DNA of 64,000 nt from Vicinamibacterales bacterium (lineage in GTDB: Bacteria > Acidobacteriota > Vicinamibacteria > Vicinamibacterales > CAVVIG01). The stretch lies in assembly GCA_036004865.1 (NCBI GenBank), contig DASYQZ010000097.1:4606-68605 (forward strand). The letters run 5' to 3'. Shown here piece after piece: positions 8,837 to 15,780 of the stretch (its first letter is position 1; every line of letters begins with the position of its first letter). The position numbers and the translations under genes are program-made. The notes beneath the pieces are model-generated. The model searched no databases. It saw only the letters and a list, made by a program, of their open reading frames with translations, and had not been told where the DNA came from.

Positions 8837-9556
8837 TTACATGTCAGAGTGAAGTCTGAGTTCACTCCGACCTCGCTCCGACTTCATTCCGACTCGTGTC
8901 GGAGTGAACTCTGACTTGAGTACGACTACGCCTAGCCGCTCGTGCCGCGACTCGTCCTCAACCGGGTTCGGCTTCAGTGTCGTCCAGCAGTTGCGAACGC
9001 TGTCCAGGTCCGCATCCGGGAGGGGATCAGCGCAAATCGCACGATGCGCCGCGCGGCGCTCTTCGTCGGTTGCGCCGAGTCCCAGATAAAGCTCGTGCGG
9101 GACGAGCCACTCGATCACCGCGCCAAGTCCATGCGCGCGGTAACTTGACCAATAATGCGCGTCCGGCGTCGCAACCATGCCCGCTCGCACGGGGTTCTGT
9201 TCGACGTACCTCAAACAAATGAGCCACTGCCGCTCATCCAGGAGGTGTTTCGCGCGATATCGACCCTCCCAGATGGTGCCCGTCCGACCGTACTTGCGAT
9301 TGAAATAACGGGTGTATCGCTCACCCAGCTGCTTCATCGCGCCGGCCATGGCCGTCTCGCTGTTGGGCGTCGCGATCAGATGGTAGTGCGTCGTCATCAC
9401 GACGAACGCGTGGACGGACGCGCCGTGGCATTCAGCTGCGGCTGCGAGGATCCTCAAGAAGACGTCACAATCTGCGTCTTGCGTGAAGATACCCATCCGG
9501 TTGTTCCCGCGGTTGTAGACGTGTGCGCTCACCTTCGGAAGATAGATTCGTCGCAT
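8837..9556 (-). CDS. REP-associated tyrosine transposase (RAYT; IS200/Y1 HUH family)
   Basis: HUH motif in VVMTTHYHLIATP. Catalytic Tyr region GTIWEGRYRAKHLLDE, plus YVEQNPVRAGM. The last roughly 25 codons are read out of the flanking inverted repeat, so the true C-terminus is uncertain. Confidence 0.8.
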   Translation of the reverse strand: MRRIYLPKVSAHVYNRGNNRMGIFTQDADCDVFLRILAAAAECHGASVHAFVVMTTHYHLIATPNSETAMAGAMKQLGERYTRYFNRKYGRTGTIWEGRYRAKHLLDERQWLICLRYVEQNPVRAGMVATPDAHYWSSYRAHGLGAVIEWLVPHELYLGLGATDEERRAAHRAICADPLPDADLDSVRNCWTTLKPNPVEDESRHERLGVVVLKSEFTPTRVGMKSERGRSELRLHSDM

Positions 9557-9767
9557 GTGAACCCCCGGCGATCAGTCTCAGCAATATCTGGTCTCAGCGA
9601 GATGCCAACGAAACTCGCGTGCTCGGTCGAACACGAGGCAGTTTCTGCCAACGCGACTTAACCGATCCGACGTGCCCGTAAGTCGTACTGAAGTCAGAGT
9701 TGAGTCAGAGTGAACTCCGACTCGAGTCGGACTTGAGTCGGAGTGATGTCGGAGTGAAGTCGGACTC
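8845..9767 (-). mobile_element. RAYT gene bracketed by roughly 90-bp imperfect terminal inverted repeats built from REP-like hairpins
   Basis: The reverse complement of 8845-8930 aligns with 9677-9767 (cgta(a)gtcgtact[c/g]aagtcagagtt..cactccgac..gagtcgg..). The arms contain palindromes such as CCGACTCGAGTCGG and begin with CGTAG / CGTAAG. Confidence 0.75.
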
Positions 9768-9780
9768 GTTACAATTGGGC

Positions 9781-9987
9781 ATGGTCTACATCTTCGGCAA
9801 GGACACGTGACCGTATACGCAAGCCGCCCGTGACGACTACCAGCGGCGGCACGTCGCGTTCGAGTACATCAACGTGAAAAAGAATCCCCCCGAATTGCAG
9901 CGGATGCTGGAGTTCAGCAAGGGACGCCGCGCGGTGCCCGTCATCGTCGACGAGGGGACGGTGACGATCGGGTTCGGCGGCACCTGA
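9781..9987 (+). CDS. small glutaredoxin-like protein with an in-frame TGA at the active-site position (candidate selenoprotein, or a pseudogene)
   Basis: ATG 9781. Translation is MVYIFGKDT-TGA(9808-9810)-PYTQAARDDYQRRHVAFEYINVKKNPPELQRMLEFSKGRRAVPVIVDEGTVTIGFGGT, ending at stop 9985-9987. The layout is a thioredoxin fold with cis-Pro VPV. The ORF is absent from the ORF track because of the TGA. Confidence 0.45.
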
Positions 9988-10028
9988 GGCGTCTAGCGCG
10001 GGGCTCCCATCCAGCGGAGACTCGCGTC

Positions 10029-10050
10029 CGGCCACGGTCTGTGGCCGTTT
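10029..10050 (+). terminator. weak hairpin terminator after the glutaredoxin-like ORF
   Basis: CGGCCAC (10029-10035), loop GGTCT, GTGGCCG (10041-10047), followed by TTT. Confidence 0.35.
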
Positions 10051-10069
10051 CGCTCGATATTCCAGCGAA

Positions 10070-10099
10070 TTTGACTGCTTTGTGAAAGTGTTCACACAA
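10070..10099 (+). promoter_or_regulatory. putative sigma70-type promoter overlapped by a CRP/FNR-type palindrome upstream of the ABC operon
   Basis: TTGACT at 10070-10075 and CACAAT at 10094-10099, with an 18-nt spacer. TGTGA-N6-TCACA lies at 10080-10095. The ATG at 10107 is only 7 nt after the -10 box, which suggests a leaderless or very short leader. Confidence 0.4.
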
Positions 10100-10106
10100 T
10101 AGCGCC

Positions 10107-10838
10107 ATGGCTCTCGTCGCCACGGCGACCATGATCGAGCTCGATCGCGTCACCCGGCAGTTCGCCGGCAAGCGTGATGTGGTCGCGCTCGACGCCGTCA
10201 GCGTCGCCATCCCGCGCGGCGAACTGGTCTCGATCATCGGTCCGTCCGGCTCCGGCAAGTCGACGCTCCTCAATCTCGTCGGCGGACTCGATCGCCCCAC
10301 CTCCGGCGAGGTCCGCGTCGACGGCGAGACGCTCTCCGGCCTCGCAGACGATGCGCTGACGCGCGTCCGGCGCGACAAGATTGGTTTCATCTTTCAGTTC
10401 TTCAATCTGCTGCCGACGCTGTCGTGCCTCGAGAACGTCGGCCTCCCGCTGCACCTGCGCGGCTGGCCGCGCAGGAAAGTCGACGAGCGCGCGCGTGAGC
10501 TGCTGCACCTCGTACAACTGGGCCATCGCCTCACGCACCTCCCAGAGGAGCTCTCCGGCGGCGAGCGCCAGCGCGTCGCCATCGCCCGCGCGCTCTCGAT
10601 CTATCCGCCGATCCTGCTGGCCGACGAACCGACCGGCAATCTCGACACCCGCACCGGCGACGAGATCCTGACGCTCATCCGCGATCTCCACACCCGTCTC
10701 AAATCCACCGTCGTCATTGTCACCCACGATCTGGACGTCGCTCAGAGCTGCGAGCGCACGATCGCGCTTCGCGACGGCCGCGTCATCGAAGATATCCGGC
10801 GAGGACATCAGACGGCCACGCCAGCGGAGCGGCCGTGA
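10107..10838 (+). CDS. ABC transporter ATP-binding protein (MacB/LolD type)
   Basis: Walker A GPSGSGKST, signature LSGGERQRVAIARAL, Walker B ILLADEPTGNLD, and the FIFQFFNLLP motif. Confidence 0.92.
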   Translation: MALVATATMIELDRVTRQFAGKRDVVALDAVSVAIPRGELVSIIGPSGSGKSTLLNLVGGLDRPTSGEVRVDGETLSGLADDALTRVRRDKIGFIFQFFNLLPTLSCLENVGLPLHLRGWPRRKVDERARELLHLVQLGHRLTHLPEELSGGERQRVAIARALSIYPPILLADEPTGNLDTRTGDEILTLIRDLHTRLKSTVVIVTHDLDVAQSCERTIALRDGRVIEDIRRGHQTATPAERP

Positions 10839-13396
10839 TTCTGCTGCGGCTCATCAGCTGGCCGTACTTCCGCAAGCACGTCCTGCGGACGCTGTTGACG
10901 ACGGCCGGCATCGTGCTGGGCGTCGCGGTGTTCGTCGGCATGCACACCGCGAATCAGAGCGTGCTGTTCGCCTTCTCGCGGACCGTCGATCGCATCGCCG
11001 GCAAGACCGAGCTCGAGGTGACGGCGGGCGAAACCGGATTCGACGAGAGCGTCCTCGAGAAAGTGCAAAGTGCATCGACGGTGCGAGTCGCCGTGCCGGT
11101 CATCGAAGCCATCGTCGATACGAACGCGCTCGATCGCCGGGGGCAGGGCAATGTCCTCGTCCTCGGTATCGACATGACCGGCGATCGCAGCCTCCGCGAG
11201 TACGAGCTCGAGAGCGGCGATGAAGCGATCGTCGACGATCCACTGGTGTTTCTCGCGCAGCCCGACTCGATCATCCTGGCGAAGGAGCTCGCCGACCGCA
11301 ACCATCTCGCGCCGGGGCAACGGCTGCCGCTCGGCACCGTCGAAGGGGTGAAGCCGTTCACGATCCGCGGCATCATGAAATCGACCGGACTCGCGAGCGC
11401 GTACGGCGGCAACCTCGCGGTGATGGACATTTACGCCGCGCAGAACATGTTCGGCCGCGGCCGGACGTTCGACCGGATCGATCTCGCGGTCAAGCCCGGC
11501 GTCACGCTCGCCGACAGCGAGCGGGAGCTGCGTGCGCTGCTGGGTCCGGGATTCCAGATCGATCCGCCGGCGGGCCGCGGCCGGCAGTTCGAGGCGATGC
11601 TGGCGGCGTACTCGATGATGGTGAACATCTCGAGCGCGTTCGCGCTGTTCATCGGCATGTTCATCATCTACAACGCGTTCGCGATCGCGGTGACCCAGCG
11701 GCGATCCGAAATCGGCATCCTGCGCGCGCTCGGCGCGACGCGGCGGCAGATTCGCTGGCTGTTTCTCGGCGAGAGCGCGGTGACGGGCCTGGTCGGCTCG
11801 CTGGGCGGACTTCTCTTCGGCGTCGTGATTGCCAGCGGCATCGCCGCATCGATCGGCACGTTGATCACCGACGTCTACGGCGTCGCCCAGCGCACCGACG
11901 AGATTGCGCGCAGCCCCACGCTGCTCGCGCTGGCGCTCGGCATCGGCGTCGTGACCAGCATCGTCGCCGCATGGATTCCGGCGCGCAACGCGGCGCGCGT
12001 CGACCCGGTGCAGGCGCTGCAGAAGGGCAAGTATCAGGTGCTGTCGGCGGGCGAGAGCCGCCTGCGCGCGGCGTGTGCGGCCATCCTCGGCGTTGCCTCG
12101 GTCGTGTGTCTCGCCGCCGGCCGATCGCGGCCCGTCTTCTACGCCGGATATTGTTTCGCGATCATCGCGTCGCTGCTGCTGAGCCCGCTGCTGTCGCTGG
12201 CGCTGTCGAAGGCGATTCGGCCGATCCTGAAATGGATCCGCCCGGTCGAAGGCGCGCTCGCCGCGGACAGCCTGATCCAGGCGCCGCGTCGGACGTCGGC
12301 GAGCGTCGCGGCGCTGATGCTGTCGCTCGCGCTCGTCGTCGCGTTCGGCGGGATGGCGCGCGCGAGCTACGTGGCGATCGTCGACTGGATGAACGTCGCG
12401 CTCAATCCCGATCTGTTCATCATCCCGTCACAGAATCTCACCATCCGCACGATTCGCTTCCCGAAGGAGATGGGGCCGCAGATCGCCGCCGTGCCGGGCG
12501 TCGCGCGCGTGCAGATGGTCCGCGACGCCCGCATCGTGTTCCGCGGGACGCCGATCATGGTCGTCGCCGTCGAAGTGAACAGCCTGGCGCAGACAGTGCG
12601 GCTCGATCCCGTGGCCGGCAATCGGGCGGACATGAACCGGCGCACGGCCGCCGGCGACGCGTTGATGGTGTCGGACAACCTCGCGCAGCTCCAGGATCTG
12701 CGGCTCGGCGACATGCTCGAGATCGCAGCGCCGAACGGCGTCATCCGGCTGCCGATCGCCGGCGTCATCGTCGACTACTCCGATCAGCTGGGCACGATCT
12801 TCATGGATCGATCGCTGTTCATCCGCTACTGGAGCGACGACACTGTGAACGTGTTCCGCGTCTATCTGCAGCCGGGGGCGCCTGCGCCGGAGGTGCGGCA
12901 GCGCATTCTCGAACGGTTTGCCGGCCAGCGTCAGCTGTTCGTGCTGACCAACGGCGAGATCAAGCGCTACATCCTCAAGATCACCGATCAGTGGTTCGGT
13001 CTCACGTCAGTGCAGATCGCGGTGGCAGTGCTCGTGGCGATTCTCGGAATCGTGAACACGCTGACTGTGTCGATCACGGATCGCCGCCGCGAGCTCGGCG
13101 TGCTGCAGGCCGTCGGCGGACTGCACGGGCAGATTCGGCGGACGATCTGGATCGAAGCGCTGAGCATCGGCGTGATCGGGCTCGTGCTTGGCTACGTGTT
13201 CGGCGCCATCAACCTCTATTACGTGCTGCAGGTCGTGCGTCACGACATCGCGGGCCTGCGGCTCGATTATCAGTTCCCGGTCGGGACGGTGCTCGCGCTC
13301 GTGCCGATCATTCTCGGCGCCGCGTTCGTCGCCGCGATCTGGCCGGCCGAATCAGCCGTGCACGGCTCTCTCGTAGAGGCGCTTGAGTACGAATGA
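10835..13396 (+). CDS. ABC transporter permease with duplicated FtsX domains (MacB-like)
   Basis: 853 aa. Two FtsX-type four-helix blocks carry RRSEIGILRALGATRRQI and RRRELGVLQAVGGLHGQI. GTGA overlap with the ATPase stop. Confidence 0.85.
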   Translation: MILLRLISWPYFRKHVLRTLLTTAGIVLGVAVFVGMHTANQSVLFAFSRTVDRIAGKTELEVTAGETGFDESVLEKVQSASTVRVAVPVIEAIVDTNALDRRGQGNVLVLGIDMTGDRSLREYELESGDEAIVDDPLVFLAQPDSIILAKELADRNHLAPGQRLPLGTVEGVKPFTIRGIMKSTGLASAYGGNLAVMDIYAAQNMFGRGRTFDRIDLAVKPGVTLADSERELRALLGPGFQIDPPAGRGRQFEAMLAAYSMMVNISSAFALFIGMFIIYNAFAIAVTQRRSEIGILRALGATRRQIRWLFLGESAVTGLVGSLGGLLFGVVIASGIAASIGTLITDVYGVAQRTDEIARSPTLLALALGIGVVTSIVAAWIPARNAARVDPVQALQKGKYQVLSAGESRLRAACAAILGVASVVCLAAGRSRPVFYAGYCFAIIASLLLSPLLSLALSKAIRPILKWIRPVEGALAADSLIQAPRRTSASVAALMLSLALVVAFGGMARASYVAIVDWMNVALNPDLFIIPSQNLTIRTIRFPKEMGPQIAAVPGVARVQMVRDARIVFRGTPIMVVAVEVNSLAQTVRLDPVAGNRADMNRRTAAGDALMVSDNLAQLQDLRLGDMLEIAAPNGVIRLPIAGVIVDYSDQLGTIFMDRSLFIRYWSDDTVNVFRVYLQPGAPAPEVRQRILERFAGQRQLFVLTNGEIKRYILKITDQWFGLTSVQIAVAVLVAILGIVNTLTVSITDRRRELGVLQAVGGLHGQIRRTIWIEALSIGVIGLVLGYVFGAINLYYVLQVVRHDIAGLRLDYQFPVGTVLALVPIILGAAFVAAIWPAESAVHGSLVEALEYE

Positions 13397-13475
13397 TCGC
13401 GTTTGTGATCGTGTGCGCGAGATCGAGTCTGAGAGATCGAGCATGAATGATAGAGACACACGAACACACGCAGCG

Positions 13476-13606
13476 GCGCCTGCGGCCATGCCTCGCGGTC
13501 TGCCGCGAGGCATCAGCGACAGGTCGCGGCGACTTGGCGGGGTCCCCAACGCGGCAGCCGCGTTGGGGTGCCCGTGGGGCCCCGCCGCCAGTGCAAAGAA
13601 GTTAGC
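13476..13606 (+). repeat. dispersed hairpin repeat family F1, copy A (longest)
   Basis: GCGCCTGCGGCCATGCC at the 5' end and GCCGCCAGTGCAAAGAAGTTAGC at the 3' end. It contains a 10-bp hairpin at 13489-13512 and an 11-bp hairpin, CCCCAACGCGG-cag-CCGCGTTGGGG. Confidence 0.85.
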
Positions 13607-13610
13607 GGGG

Positions 13611-14394
13611 GTGTGTGGCCGCGAGAGAGCAAGAGCCGTCGGCGTGATACTCCTCACAGTCCTGTTGTCTGTACCGCGAGCACCAAGCGGCGCCGACAAC
13701 GCGCGCCAGATCGTCGAAGAAGCGCAGAAGCGCACTGGCGCGAAGTCGCATCGCTACGAAGGGCTGCTGCAGGTGTTCGACTCGAAGGGCAACATCGGCG
13801 ACAAGCGCTGGACGTTCGAGCGGCTCGGCGCGCACGGCAACAGCAAGGCGGTCCTGCGATTCACCGCTCCCGCCGAGGTCAAGGGCGTCGCGCTGCTCGT
13901 CGTCAACCACCCGGATCGCGCGTCCGATCAATGGATGTGGACGCCGGCGCTCGAGCGCGATCGCCGGATCGCGCTGCAGGATCGCTCGACGCGGTTCTTC
14001 GGCACCGACTTCAGCTTCGAGGATCTCGAGGAGCGCGATGTCAACCAGTACGACTACACCCTCGCCGGGCGAGGAGCCGGTTGACGGCGCTGCATGCTGG
14101 AAGATCCAGTCGACGCCGAAAGAGTCCAAGTCGTCGCAGTACACGCGATCGATTGTCTGGATTCGCAAGGACACGTACTCCTTCCTGCGGATCGACAACT
14201 ACATCAATGATCAGACGGTGCGCCGGCTGACGTACCGCGACTACCAGAACGTGCAGGGCATCTGGACGGCGCGGCAGCTGGAGATGGCCGATCTTCGACG
14301 CGGCAGCCGCACGCGCCTGACGCTCGACAAGCTCGCCTACAACGTTCCGCTCAAGGACGAAGACTTCACGCTGCAGGCCATCCGCAGGCAATGA
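13611..14394 (+). pseudogene. LolA-like outer-membrane lipoprotein-sorting protein, split by a +1 frameshift at the G-run 14067-14069
   Basis: The first frame reads ..FEDLEERDVNQYDYTLAG then RGAG-stop. The second frame continues EEPVDGAACWKIQSTPKE..RIDNYINDQ... Removing one G from CCGGGC restores ..DYTLAGEEPVDG... The putative start is GTG 13611, just after repeat F1. Confidence 0.6.
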
Positions 14395-15707
14395 CGCGTG
14401 CGGCGGCCGTATGTGCGCTCGTGCTGTGGACGGCGCGCGCCAGCGCCCAGAGCGTCACGCAGCGCGGGTTTCTCGAGGGCACCGCGTTTGTCTATGCACA
14501 GGCTGCCCCCAACGACGACGTCCGCTTCGTCTCTGAGGTCCTGGCGCGAGAGGAAGTCTTCTTCAAGCCAGCGCCGTGGATTCAATTTGCCGGCGGCCTC
14601 GACTTCCGCGCGAGCTCGCACGATCACGTGGAGGACTCCTGGCGGCTCGATTTCAGCGATCGCACCCTGAAGCGTCCGCGGCTGTCGATCCGTCGTCTCG
14701 CGGCGACCGTGACTCGCGGCCGGTTCACGCTCGACATGGGGAAGCAGGTCATCCGCTGGGGCAAGACCGACATCGTGACGCCGACGGACCGCTTCGCGCC
14801 ACGCGACTTTCTGAACGTCGTCGACAACGAGCTCCTCGCCGTGACCGGCGCGCGCGGGGTCATTCAGGCGGATCAGGAGACGTTCGAGGTCGTGTGGCTT
14901 CCGCGGTTCACACCGAGCCGTGTGCCGCTCGTCGATCAACGATGGGCGCCACTTCCGCCGCTCGCGCGCGGCATCCCCATTGTCGACGCGAATGCGCCGC
15001 TGCCCGATGGATTGCAGACAGGACTGCGCTGGGGCCACGTCGGCAGCGCCATCGAATATTCACTGTCGTTCTTCGACGGCTTCAACCATTTGCCGAACAT
15101 GGACGCACTCACGACAATCAACGCAGAACCCGCAGAGCCTGCTTGCTCTGTGTGTTCTGCGGGTTCTGCGAATTCCGCCTCGATCGTCGTCCGCCGCATC
15201 TATCCGTCGATTCGCACCTACGGCGTCGACGCGGCCGTGCCGACGCGCTGGTTCACGATCAAGGGTGAGGCGGCGTACTTCACGAGCTCCTCCGTCGACA
15301 CAGACTTGTCCCTCCGAAGCGCCGAAGGCGCGAAGGGGGACGAGGACGTGCTGTACGTGCTGCAGCTCGAACGTCAAACAGGAGAATGGGTGCTGGTCGG
15401 CGGATACGCAGGCGAGGCGGTGACGGCGCGGCGCGCGGCGCTTACGTTCGCGCCGGACCGGGGGATGACACGTTCGATCGTCGCGCGTGCGTCGTACACG
15501 ATCGATCCGAACCGGAGCGTCGCGTTCGAAAGCGCCGTGCGGCAGAACGGCAACGGCGTGTATGCGAAGGCCGAGTACTCGCAGGCGCGCGGGCAACACT
15601 GGCGCGCGACGGTCACCGGCATCGTCATCGCCGGGAGCGAGGACGATTTTCTCGGGCAGTACCATCGCAATTCTCATGCGACAGTCGCGCTTCGCTATAG
15701 TTTCTAG
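14391..15707 (+). CDS. outer-membrane beta-barrel protein (unknown family)
   Basis: Signal peptide MTRAAAVCALVLWTARASAQS. Alternating beta-strand pattern and a C-terminal ..VALRYSF. ATGA overlap with the LolA-like stop. Confidence 0.6.
   Translation: MTRAAAVCALVLWTARASAQSVTQRGFLEGTAFVYAQAAPNDDVRFVSEVLAREEVFFKPAPWIQFAGGLDFRASSHDHVEDSWRLDFSDRTLKRPRLSIRRLAATVTRGRFTLDMGKQVIRWGKTDIVTPTDRFAPRDFLNVVDNELLAVTGARGVIQADQETFEVVWLPRFTPSRVPLVDQRWAPLPPLARGIPIVDANAPLPDGLQTGLRWGHVGSAIEYSLSFFDGFNHLPNMDALTTINAEPAEPACSVCSAGSANSASIVVRRIYPSIRTYGVDAAVPTRWFTIKGEAAYFTSSSVDTDLSLRSAEGAKGDEDVLYVLQLERQTGEWVLVGGYAGEAVTARRAALTFAPDRGMTRSIVARASYTIDPNRSVAFESAVRQNGNGVYAKAEYSQARGQHWRATVTGIVIAGSEDDFLGQYHRNSHATVALRYSF
15122..15170. 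repeat. intragenic palindromic octamer element: (CGCAGAAC)2, a 19-nt spacer, then (GTTCTGCG)2
   Basis: Perfect 15-bp inverted repeat, 15122-15136 against 15156-15170, lying in frame inside the barrel gene (encodes ..NAEPAEPACSVCSAGSANS..). Confidence 0.85.
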
Positions 15708-15723
15708 CGACCCATCAAATTCT

Positions 15724-15754
15724 TTTTCGCGCTTTCGTGTTTTCGTGGTTGCAT
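15724..15754 (+). repeat. family F3, copy 2
   Basis: tttcgcgctttcgtgttttcgtggttgcatt, lying between the barrel gene stop and the MBL hydrolase start. Confidence 0.85.
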
Positions 15755-15780
15755 TTGAGTTGGCTGACCGCCGAGCTGCC

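Noticed and set aside
7002-8852. 616-aa plus-strand ORF
   Set aside because: It is antisense to the ThyX-like gene and overlaps the def 3' end in another frame. Low-complexity R/A/E/V composition. GC artefact.
13383-13610. N-terminal 76 codons of the LolA-like ORF (..PRGLPRGISDRSRRLGGVPNAAAALGCPWGPAASAKK..)
   Set aside because: This stretch is the translated F1 repeat. The same pseudo-peptides appear wherever the repeat occurs (24341-24505 and 49341-49484), so the starts were moved downstream.
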